Notes under the pieces: model-generated
Told to the model about the DNA's origin: nothing
Database searches by the model: none
What the model saw: only the letters and a program-made list of their open reading frames with translations
Shown here: one piece after another, positions 25,957-36,502 of the stretch
How the letters are laid out: the number at the start of each line of letters is the position of its first letter
Numbering within the stretch: position 1 is the first letter of the stretch
Made by a program: the position numbers and the translations under genes
NCBI GenBank assembly: GCA_004022145.1
Contig: RCNU01000021.1
Reading direction: 5' to 3' (one strand)
DNA: 64,000 nt
Source of the DNA: Paecilomyces variotii
Taxonomy: Eukaryota

Positions 25957-28900
25957 CTATATAATTTAATAGATTTAAATATTTCTAAATATTTAAGTAA
26001 GAGAAAGTATAGCCTATTATATTATAAAACTAGTACTTATTTTTAATATAGCTCTTTAAAATATTATATTAAAGATTATCTATATTTAAATAACTGCTAG
26101 AAGATTTAAATTATAGCTATATATAAACTCTATCTTTAAACTCCTTAGGCAATCTAATTCTTAGATTTATATAATTTATCCCTTAGCTAGTCTTTAATAA
26201 AAAGAGTAAGCCTAGAGTAAGTTGCAGCTAGGCTTAAAAACTATATATTATTTAAATCTCTACTACTATTATTTATAGAATTAACTTTAAAAAATATCTA
26301 TAATAATTAAAATTAATAATACTGCTTATAATATTAAAAAAGAAGAAGAAGAAAATCTGCCTGCTAATTTATATCCTGCTTAATATTAAAGCTAAAAAAT
26401 AAGGATTTATAGACTAAGAATAGGCTAAAGACTAAAAGTTAGAGCTTATTTCTTTAAAGAGCCTAATTACTCTATATATATTTAATAGAAGAGAATTAAA
26501 AGATAAGAAGATTATATACTATATCTAGATAAATATAAGAATTAAGGATTATTTTAAAAAAGATGCTAAATTCTATATTATTTAACTAGTATATTACTCT
26601 ATTATTTTAAGACTTCTTTAATTAAAGTATTATAACCTATACTTATAATTTATTATTTATAGTATTATTTTTAATAATAATTACTATTAAAAGAACTATA
26701 ATATACTTTTAAAGCTAATTATAATACTTACTCTATATAATATTCTTTTAAAGGCTTTACTCTAATACCTGCCTCTAAGACCTAGAAAACTAAAAAAAAG
26801 AAATATAGCCTTTATTTCTCTAGCCGCCTATTCTATCTATATTTAAAAAAATATCTAAATATTTATAATTATCTTAGAGGACTTAAATACTACTTTAAAG
26901 ATTAAATAAGTTTAAGAAGAAGACTTTGCCTGCTTATTATTTAAAGAGTTTAAGAATTATATTAATATCTTTTCTTCTAAGGAGGCTAAGCGCCTGCTAT
27001 TATATTATTCTTATAATTATAATATTAAGCTATTAGAGAAGAAGTTACTCCTTTTTAAATCTTTATATATTATATCTTAAAATAAATTAAAGGTTTTAAA
27101 GGAATAAATTAAAGAAAACTTAAAAAAGAGATTTATTTACTTAAGCTTATTGCCTGCTATATTCTTAATTCTATTTATTAAGAAGCTTAATAGAGGAATA
27201 TAGATCTATATAAATTACTAAGCCTTAAATATAATAATTATTAAAGACTAATATTCTCTACCTTTAATTAAGAAAACTCTAAATAATTTAAAGAGAATAA
27301 AATATTTTATAAAGATTAATATTATTTCTATATTTAATAACCTTTATATTAAGAAAAGATAAGAATATCTAACTGTCTTTTATATTTAACTTAGCCTATT
27401 TAAATTATTAGTAATATTATTTAGCTTAATAAAAATATTAGTAATATTTTAAAGATTTATTAATAATATTCTATAAGATTACTTTAATATCTTTTATACT
27501 ATATATCTTAATAATATCTTAATATATAATATAACTTATTCTAAATATATTTAATATATTTGCATTATTTTATAGAAGCTATATAAAATAGGCTTATATA
27601 TAAAAATCTAGAAGTATAAGTTTATTATCTCTAAGACTAAATTTTTAAATATTATTATTAACTAAGACTATATTAAAATAAACCTAGATAAGGTAAAAAT
27701 AATTACTAAATAGAAGACCCTAATCTATATAATTAATATATAAGCCTTTATTAGGTTTAATAACTTTTATTATTAGTTTATTTATAATTTTTCTAAGATA
27801 ATTATATTACTTATAAGCTTAATCTAAAAAGGAGTTTTCTTTAATTAAATATCTACCTATTAGTCTAATTTTAAAGCTCTAAAAGAAGTATTTATTTAAG
27901 CCTTAATTCTGAAGCTATTTAATTAGACCTGTAAGATTATAGTTAAAACTAACTTATCTAACTATATATTAACTAAAGTTATATCTTAGTATAATAATAA
28001 AGGAATCTTATATTTTATTATATTTTTCTTAAAGAAGCTTTCTATTATAAAGTATAATTATAAGATTTATAATAAAGAACTATTAATAATTATCTGCTAT
28101 TTTAAGAAGTAGTATCTTAAGCTTAAAGATATACTATTACTAATTAAAGTTATTATAAACTATTATAATCTAGAATACTTTATATTAATTAAGCTATTAA
28201 ACTAGTAATAGGCCTATTAATTTAAGTTTTTATCTTAGTTTAACTTCTGAATTATATATTAACCTAGAAAATAAGAAGTAAAGCTTAATACTCTAACTAG
28301 GAGGTTAGAAGATTTTTTTAAGGAAGAGGATAAATAGCTATAGTATTAGAGCTAAACAGTCCTAAAGAAGAAGAACTTTAACCTATAGATTTAGAGATCT
28401 CTAAAATTAGAAGCTATTATTAGGAGTTAAATAGTAAGATATATTTACTTTACTAATTTAATAGCTTAAGAGATTAGAAATTTTGCTAAACCTATAGAAA
28501 TACCTACTTAACCTATTTTAAAATATTAATCTATTTAGCCTAGAGAATCTATCTAGTTTATTCTATTGCCTAATTAGTTTATTAAGATTATTTAATCTAT
28601 TAAGGAGATAATTTAATCTATTAAAGAGATTATTTAGCCTATTAAAAAAATAGCCTAGCTTATTAAATAAGACTAATTAAGTTCCTTTATTATATTTAAT
28701 AAATTAAAGTATTTATTTAATATTAAAGACTTATTAAATATAGCTTATCTATTTAATAATTTAATATAGTCTATTTTATAAGCCTTAGATTATAAAGCTA
28801 ATTATTATCTTAAGATTATATTAGCTAACTATTAATAAAGAGAAAGATATTTATATTATAAAGACTATTTATATATTCCTAATTATAATAAGCTAAAAGC

Positions 28901-30232
28901 CTATTTATTATAAGAATACTATAATAAGTATATATTTAAATACTTTAAAAAATATAAGCTTTATAATTTAATCTTATAAGAATATTATTAGCTAAATATA
29001 TATTAATATATAGATTATTAGACCTAGAATTACTATATCTATTATTATATTATACTCTTAAATAAAGGTTATTAAAAGTCTTATATTAGCTCTTTATCTC
29101 TAAATACTCTTAATAAGATATTTTAATAGATTTTATTATTAGACTTATATCTTACTAAGATTATAATATTATATTAGTTATTATAGACTAACTTATAAAG
29201 ATAAGGTATTTTATTCTTTATTAGGTTATTTATAATATTAAAAAAGTAGCGCAATTATATATTTATTATATATAGAAGCTTTATAGGCTATTAAAGACTA
29301 TAATATTTAATTAAGGCCTTTAGTTTATTATTACTTTCTAAAAATACTTAACCTAATATTTAAATATTATAAATCTATTATTTATTATCTATTATTCTAA
29401 GATTAATAATTAGATTAAAAAGATAAATACTATTTTAAAATAATATTTATATGCTTATATTAGCTATTTATAAAATAATTAGATTAACTAGCTATCTTTA
29501 GCTAAGTTTATATTAAACTCTTATTATTTTAAGATTATTAAAATATTGCCTTTTTTTACTAATTATAGATTCTATCTATATATAAGATTTAAATTTATTT
29601 AGCCTATAAACTAACTTACTATTAGAGATATTAAAGCTTTTATTAAAAAGATATAAGATATTATAGATTATATCTATACTTAAATTTATATTATCTAAGC
29701 CTATTATAAAGAATAGACTAATTATTATTAAACTTTAGCCTGCTATTATTATATAAAATAGTCTGTTTAATTAAATGCCTAGAATATTTATATTTAATAT
29801 CTCTAGAAGAAATTTAATTAGAAGAATCTTAGCCTATTTTATATTATTAAGGTTATTAATTTATATATCTATTAGCTTAATTTATCTGCTTTAATATATA
29901 TCTATCTTATATTTAATATTAGCCTACTTTATCTTATTATAAAAGACCTTATACTTAAATAGAGATAATCTTTATTATTACCTATTAAAGTTAATAGCTT
30001 TAAAGAATAAATTATTAAAGATATCTTAGACTCCTAATAGGAATATTATAGATATAAAGGCCTTTAATTATAATATATTATTAAGTAATTAGGTTATAAT
30101 AACTTAATTAAAGAGCCTATATACTATTTATAATATATTTAAGAAATTATTATAAATTTTTATTGCTGCTATTTAAATAAGCTAAAGCCTAAGGATAATC
30201 TTAATAAAGCTTAACCTTAAGAAGGAGAATAT

Positions 30233-30487
30233 TATTATAGTATTAGTATAAGAGATAAAGATTTACTAGCTAATACTTATATAAGATATTATATAACCTT
30301 ATAAAGATATTTTCAATATATAGCTTAATCTAAATTTAAGCTCTTTAAGCTATATTTTATTTATTAAGCTTACTTATAATAGCCTATTTTAGTTTAAATT
30401 AGCTAAATAGAGATTCTATAGCTAGTTCTAGTATTAATTACCTTATTCTATTTATTCTAACCTGCTTCTTAAGCCTATACCTTAATA
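30233..30487 (+). repeat. 3' LTR of chromovirus element
   Basis: Direct repeat of 14308-14541 with a ~21-bp insertion; preceded by gaaggagaat purine tract. Confidence 0.85.
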
Positions 30488-31201
30488 ACTCTATTACTTT
30501 TAAATATAAAAAAAAGATTTATTTACTAGCTATTTATAGTAATATATTTAATTATAATTATAATTTTACTTTTTTTAATCTTAGTAAGATTAAGATAGTT
30601 ATTAGACCTAATAATATTCTATGCCTAACCTTTATTAGGCTAAAATCTATATTTATTAAAATTATAGATTAATTATAAAGAGATATCCTTAATAATATTA
30701 ATAAGCTTATTATACTAATAAGCTAAATATTCTATATCTTTAGCTTAGATATATTTTAATTCTTTAGTCTTTTACTTAACTAGACTTAGCTTTAAATATT
30801 TTAGTAGTTATTTTTTAAAGCAATATACTTAATTCTTATTAATATATTAGTTAAGTCTACTTGTATAAATAAATGCTTAATTTACTTATACTTCTACTAG
30901 TTTAAGAATTATTAGCATATTAATATTATGCATAAAAATAATCTAGTAGATTAAAGCTTTCTCCTAATAATTTTTAAAGATCTTATTAATTAGTATTTTA
31001 GCTATATAAGATTAGTAAAGGTTTTTAATATAGTTAAGTAAGATATAATATAAGATTTTAAAGTTATATATAATCTGCTTAATATTTAGTTTTTTTTAGT
31101 ATTAAGCAGCCTAATATACTTCTAACATACAAGCATTATTAATAGGAGTATATTTAGCTATATTAGAGGGGTTGAAAAGCCTCAGTATTGAATAATTAGA
31201 A

Positions 31202-31281
31202 GAAAAGTATAAATATAGTAGGAAGTGCAAATGCGGGAGGGCTCACCCACAACAGAACAGTATGGGTGAGCTAGTCACGGA
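31202..31281 (-). repeat. Right terminal inverted repeat of pogo element
   Basis: ...ggaagtgcaaatgcgggagggctcacccacaacagaacagtatgggtgagctagtcacgga followed by TA. Confidence 0.9.
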
Positions 31282-31711
31282 TATTAGGTTGTACGTACGA
31301 GTATTTATTGAAAGAAGTCATCTGCGGTTAGGCTGAATTCTTCTCTCTAGCTTCCTTTCTTTTCCTCGTCGCACGAACAGCAGAGCATAGTCTACCCCGG
31401 ATTCCCATAGCTGGGAGAGCCGGGAGATAGCCCACCGATGATCACACTCCTGGTCAACATGCATACAACGTATTCACCGGCCGTAGGATTCATAGATGGC
31501 ACAATCACTCACCCTGCGGGGGAGAACTGCGGATGATGAAAATGTCCAGATTTGGATAAGTTGGCTCCTTTGGCCTGAGGTCCCAAGGCGACCACAGGCA
31601 GAGAATCCTCTTTTTACTTGGAGGCTGTTGATTAGTTGGTCCTTATCTGGGAGCAATGAAACTCATGTGCCAGCGATTTAGCGTATCTAACCCGTATCTG
31701 GGAAAGACTGA

Positions 31712-31957
31712 ATTTTATGATTGACGATAATCACTGGGCATACACTAAATGAGCATTTAATACCCTGGTAGATTTTCTAGACCAGGTCACTCAGTTTCTA
31801 GCAAGCTCAGAGAGTGAGGGACTGCCATAATAATATATGGGGTGGTTCATTAGATTCTCTTTCCATTGACCTAACAAGGCGCTCGAATCCATTGGTATCT
31901 AGCACGATCCTAACTCCATAAGCATCCCACGCTTAAACCCTACGCTCCAAATACTAA
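31712..31957 (-). repeat. Dispersed repeat copy B (inverted copy of 4679-4953)
   Basis: Reverse complement aligns to 4679-4953 with scattered substitutions and several indels. Confidence 0.9.
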
Positions 31958-32004
31958 TAAATATATGTACCTAACAGAAAATTATATATGAATCCTCAAT
32001 CCCA

Positions 32005-33453
32005 TCAACCCATCGAACACAGGCCCAAATCCTTCAACAGATCCTCCGCCAAGATATCAACCCCTCCCGTCCCCTCGTCCTCGATACCAAACGCCAGAAA
32101 GAGCACATCATCACTATACCCATGATACCTCAACTCGCGACTCTTCCAACTAAGAGAAGTAACATAAAACATCTCCGTTTGATCCCACTCCTGCAATCCC
32201 TGTACCTCCTCGCCCTCCATAGTCTGCGGTCTTCTCCCCTGTCCCGGACCCCCTCGTCCACGAATCCAAATCGGCCTCGTCGATATGCCATAGATATCAA
32301 ACGGCGCTGTGCGCCTAAACAGCATCACATACGGCTCATACACCGAATGGAAAGAATAAAAACTCTTATGCTGAAAGATCGTCAAGATAAACGTATTCGA
32401 ATCATCCGGTACACACGACTGATCATAACGCTTACACAGCGTGATAGCTAGCGAATTCGTCGCTTGATGGATACTCTGCTGTCCATCCGTCGCGACGAGA
32501 GGCATGTGCTTCGCCATACAGGCTTCATCATTCGATGCCGTTAGTGTCGCGAGATCAGGTCCAGCAGATCCATCGAATTCTAATTTCGCGAATGCCCGTC
32601 GAGGTGCGATGTCGTAGTGAACATATATCTGATTCTGCTCGTCCCAGAAAACGAACCAGTTCTTCTCGACGGGTCCGTACGCGCCACCACCGTCTCCATC
32701 TCTAGGACGTTGGAGTTCTGTTCCAATGCGGAATTCGTTATTTGGGATGAAGTCGAATCCCCAATCTACCAGAATTCGCAGATCCTGAATCCACTGTCCA
32801 AAACAGGTATATTTCGAATTGGACCCATAGATCGTATAGGGGGCATTGGGGCCGAAGAAGACGCGCGCATCATGCGGACCGATACTCAGCGTGAGGGCTG
32901 CTAGTTGTCCGAGACAACGCTCTGTCTCGCCTGGGCTGTTTGTCGCTGCGATGGGGAGGATGAGTGGTGGGTTAATGCAGCGGAGGATGCCGTCTTCTTC
33001 CTCCTGTACAAATATAGCATCACAGACTAACTCGACATTAAAAACAGAGTTCGGACGAGATGGCACGCGTTGCGCGACCACGATCCATGTATCGTTCAGT
33101 GATGGATGCGGGATGATACTTGGGTTGATCGCCTTGAAGTGCGGGCCGAAGTCGATGGTGAAGTATTTTCCCGTCCGGGTTGAGATGGAGAAGACTTCGT
33201 TATGGGTGGATGGAGGTGTAGAAATAGGGCCATGTTGTGATTGATATTCAGAATTCTGTTTGCTGGATGGAGGACCATCGAACGTCTGTCCTAGCCATAC
33301 TCTCCCTCCATTTTTCTCATATCCATCATCACCGCTCCTAACGTTACTCCGGGTTCGCGCCAAAAACCATCTATCATAAAACCCGAGAGTTAAGATAATG
33401 AGAAAAAGAAATGCTCCGATCAAGACCACAAGACGTCTTTCGCGGACCAACAT
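32005..33453 (-). CDS. Type II membrane protein, putative five-bladed beta-propeller glycosyltransferase/glycosidase (GT91 BMT / GH130-like)
   Basis: Intronless 482 aa; N-terminal TM anchor (LVVLIGAFLFLIILTLGFY). Motifs INPSI, GPHDARV and EKNWF resemble the NPS / GxEDPR / EKNW motifs of BMT beta-mannosyltransferases and GH130; family call is inference. Confidence 0.55.
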   Translation of the reverse strand: MLVRERRLVVLIGAFLFLIILTLGFYDRWFLARTRSNVRSGDDGYEKNGGRVWLGQTFDGPPSSKQNSEYQSQHGPISTPPSTHNEVFSISTRTGKYFTIDFGPHFKAINPSIIPHPSLNDTWIVVAQRVPSRPNSVFNVELVCDAIFVQEEEDGILRCINPPLILPIAATNSPGETERCLGQLAALTLSIGPHDARVFFGPNAPYTIYGSNSKYTCFGQWIQDLRILVDWGFDFIPNNEFRIGTELQRPRDGDGGGAYGPVEKNWFVFWDEQNQIYVHYDIAPRRAFAKLEFDGSAGPDLATLTASNDEACMAKHMPLVATDGQQSIHQATNSLAITLCKRYDQSCVPDDSNTFILTIFQHKSFYSFHSVYEPYVMLFRRTAPFDIYGISTRPIWIRGRGGPGQGRRPQTMEGEEVQGLQEWDQTEMFYVTSLSWKSRELRYHGYSDDVLFLAFGIEDEGTGGVDILAEDLLKDLGLCSMG

Positions 33454-34086
33454 GGTCTGTCTAGGAGAGGAGTGGTCTGCAGAGCCAGAAAGTCAAGTCG
33501 TGGTCATCAGGAACGTGGACGGATCGGTGGCGTTGATAGAAAATAAAGTGAACAGTGCAATACTACATGGAACAAAGAGACTACAATTACTGTCATGTGA
33601 TGGAATCAGGGTAGCATTTTACGGTATTTTCTGGCTTAGATTAAGTATTACTTGGCTCGGAATTCGATCTTCTTCTGACTGTACTAAAGAGACCTGCAAT
33701 TGCCGAGGGGATGTCAGTGCGGGGAAACGGCCTTCCACATCTTTTGCTCCTTTATAGACGATTCGTCAGGGCTGAAATGCGGATTTTTGGATGTTCTCTC
33801 GTGTGGACCTATTTTAATCAGGTCTGTTACATACACTTGAAGCTGGGTACGTGCCGCGTAGCAATCTACGCAACGTTTCTGTGGATACTCTACTCTACCC
33901 ACTAAAGGACAGATTATAAATGCAGTAATAAATATTGATAAGCCCTTCTAAAACGCCTTTTTACCTCCTTCGTCGTGCTCTTTGCGTCAAAAAGGGTCCA
34001 AAAGTGTCATTCACCCAGCCCATAAGGGCCAACAGAATGCAACCGAAGACCATGTATATCATACTATAATGGATTCTCAGACTACT

Positions 34087-35535
34087 CTATGATTTAGCAG
34101 ATTCCTGCGGCAGCATTGCCCGATACAGCCACTGCGAGAATCGGACGCTAGGCTCATCGAACAGTTTCGTCGCTATCTCCGCAAGCCATAGAGTGAGCGG
34201 CAGAAGAATCAGATGCGGTAAGAGGAAACTCAACTCCAGACCGAGGGGACCGGTCTTTGGGAGCTCGAACCGATTCACCCATCCCTTTGGAAGGCTGATC
34301 GCATGAGACTCCCTGGTCCACCCGGTAGCAGCATAGAGTCTGTCACCGAGAATCCAGAGAACAGGACCATGAACTAAGTAGAGAGAGAATGAGATGCGCC
34401 CCAGATACTGGTTGAATCGCAGCTCGAAGAAGCTCTTCAGCCACGGAATATGGCGGATCGAGGCCACGAGGAAGATAGCCGCCCAGAACAGATAGAACCA
34501 TTTATAGTCGAAGACGGCCTGTGGCTTCAGGAAAGAGAGATAGTACCAACCCGGAGAAGCTCTCAGAGCAGACAGATCGGACGAGTGCGCCGGAACTCCT
34601 CCAAGGTAGACACTAATTGCAAAGAGAGTGTAAAAGATTTGTTCTTTGCAAGACTCCAGTCTCAAGAAGAAACGAGGCAGGTCATCATTGGCGGCAAGCA
34701 GGTCGAGGTCAGAGAGAAGCATACCCGCAACAAACATGCCACAGAACCAGCCATCGGCAATGTAGAGGAAGTAGACTATCAGTGCGACCTGGCATAGCAA
34801 TCGCGCGTTCCTCCTTAACCTCGAAAACGCCAGGAGTGAGGTATAGATAACGATAGAGCCTCTGAACTCGACCGGAATTGACCATGAATGGAAGTTGTAT
34901 GAGAACCAGGGCTCACCACCTGTGCGGAAGACGAAGGTGAAGTTCTTGAACTCCACGTACCAATTCCATACCTCTTCGCCATAGGTTGCTCGAGGCTCTG
35001 GCACCGCCCAGATCCCAAATGCGTGCCATATGCTGATGTAGACAAAGGTCGTACAGATCACCGGGATATGAAGGCGAAGCCAACGACGAAATAACGCAGA
35101 TGCCAGATTATCGCTCAACTTGCGATAGTCCCCCGCGTTGATTAGCATCCACGGCTTCGCCGAGAGCACGTATCCAGACAGTACGAAAAAGACGCTGACA
35201 GCAAGGTGTCCGCCATTGAAGAAAGTTCGCACTCCTGGGAGAGTCGCGAAATAATATTGCTTTTCGTAGCCGAACGCGTTCTCGAAGATCTTCTCTCCAG
35301 CATCATGCGCCCATAGCTCATGATGTTGCCAATAGACCAGGAAGGCTGCAAATCCTCGCAGACCATCAAGATATCCTGTTCGTCCCAGCTGTCTGCTGCG
35401 ACCCGCAGATTTTGTCCAGAAGGCTGGTCGGATCAGATCAAGACCCCATGAAGTTGCGCGCACGTAAACACGGGGCTTCCAATCCGCCTTCGCCTCCTCC
35501 CAGTTCCCCTTCTCCAACAAGCCGTTAGTAGTCAT
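34087..35535 (-). CDS. Acyltransferase-3 family integral membrane O-acyl(acetyl)transferase
   Basis: Intronless 482 aa; YLDGLRGFAAFLV, AVSVFFVLSGYVLS, FRRWLRL, HSWSIPVEF, YLGRISFSLYLVH; ~10 hydrophobic segments. Confidence 0.9.
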   Translation of the reverse strand: MTTNGLLEKGNWEEAKADWKPRVYVRATSWGLDLIRPAFWTKSAGRSRQLGRTGYLDGLRGFAAFLVYWQHHELWAHDAGEKIFENAFGYEKQYYFATLPGVRTFFNGGHLAVSVFFVLSGYVLSAKPWMLINAGDYRKLSDNLASALFRRWLRLHIPVICTTFVYISIWHAFGIWAVPEPRATYGEEVWNWYVEFKNFTFVFRTGGEPWFSYNFHSWSIPVEFRGSIVIYTSLLAFSRLRRNARLLCQVALIVYFLYIADGWFCGMFVAGMLLSDLDLLAANDDLPRFFLRLESCKEQIFYTLFAISVYLGGVPAHSSDLSALRASPGWYYLSFLKPQAVFDYKWFYLFWAAIFLVASIRHIPWLKSFFELRFNQYLGRISFSLYLVHGPVLWILGDRLYAATGWTRESHAISLPKGWVNRFELPKTGPLGLELSFLLPHLILLPLTLWLAEIATKLFDEPSVRFSQWLYRAMLPQESAKS

Positions 35536-36502
35536 TGACGGATGGCTTTATTCTGCGATCCGATAAGGCTTTTCCAAGATACCTTCGGTTAAGGCTATCC
35601 CTTCTCAGAGTTGTCCCGCTGCTATAGAAACGATCACATTTAAGACAGAAATCGAAGTGAGAATAGGCCGATGGGTCTCGACGCAAGCAGCTCCAGGGAG
35701 CTCCACGAGAATTGACAAGAGCCGATCTCAATGATCAGCCCAGTCTGCACCCCTCTGATCAGCGGAAATGTCGTTGCTGTACATGTACCGAGTCCAACGA
35801 TCCCACTCTAGGATCTAAGACCGGCTTTCCTCGGAAAAGAGATGAGGCGACACGCTACATAGTTTCTGGGACATCTGGAACAGAAATAGCCCCTCATCAC
35901 ATGTGGTTCGCGGTGCATCTTCTCCTGTTATCTATCCAAAACCATAAGAACTTTTTCACTGCTGCCGAGGCTTGAGTTTACCCCGCTGTCAACCCCCAGT
36001 CTATACCCCAGGTTTAAAACGGGGTTTAGTCTGATTAGGCTCAAATAAGCTTCATCGAACCGCCAATTGACTTTGCGTCTTTTAGTTCTAGGGGCCAGAA
36101 CGGTCACATTCGGCTTCGGAATTGCTGCAGTAGCTAAACATCACCAGTCAGCGCAGAGGAAAAGCGAAGAGGGTAGCACTGGCATCCTACGCCACGTCTG
36201 TTTCCCTTCACCCAGGAACGAGTGCGCTCCTCTAGAATGCTAGACAGCCTTCCATCCTACAGCTAGACTGCGTTGGCGTCGGTCATGTTTCCAATTCAGT
36301 ATGGAAGGGCTCCCGGCTGCTCACAATTCGTACCACACGATGCGCCTCTAATGTCACAGGCCCACTCGAGATTATGAGATGAGGTTCACTTTCCCAAGCA
36401 CTCCTAGACCCTACTTTATGGATTCCGTTGTGAATTGATTCCAAATTTCCGCAGCTGGGTGTGACCGGGTTGAAGCTTTCGTTCACAAAGAAATGCCTCG
36501 AG

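Larger units (their letters stand above)
14308..30487 (+). mobile_element. RIP-inactivated chromovirus-type Ty3/Gypsy LTR retrotransposon (MAGGY/Tf1-like; ~5.9 kb net) inserted in the pogo transposase
   Basis: Direct-repeat LTRs 14308-14541 and 30233-30487; purine tract before 3' LTR. De-RIPed pol: protease-region YPIILGLPWL..HNP (~26590-26640), RT LPPHRPYDH, SPAASPVLFVKKP, YLDDILIY (27504-27527), RNase H, integrase, C-terminal chromodomain EEW.VEDILDSR...Y.VKW.GY (~29990-30190). Confidence 0.85.
13209..31281 (-). mobile_element. RIP-inactivated pogo/Fot1-type Tc1/mariner DNA transposon (~1.9 kb net) disrupted by nested LTR elements
   Basis: ~80-bp TIRs starting TCCGTGACTAGCTCACCCA at both ends, TA duplication (13207-13208, 31282-31283). 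De-RIPed minus-strand transposase: HTH region and YNFDECGF (~30641-30670), then ..FDGH.SHLTVEF and LPHTTH.CQPLD (~14055-14185). Confidence 0.9.

Noticed and set aside
13209-31281. AT-rich island as centromere, organellar insertion or contamination
   Set aside because: Fully accounted for by three nested TEs with TIR/LTR/TSD boundaries and RIP-type TpA excess; only 18 kb and flanked by ordinary genes
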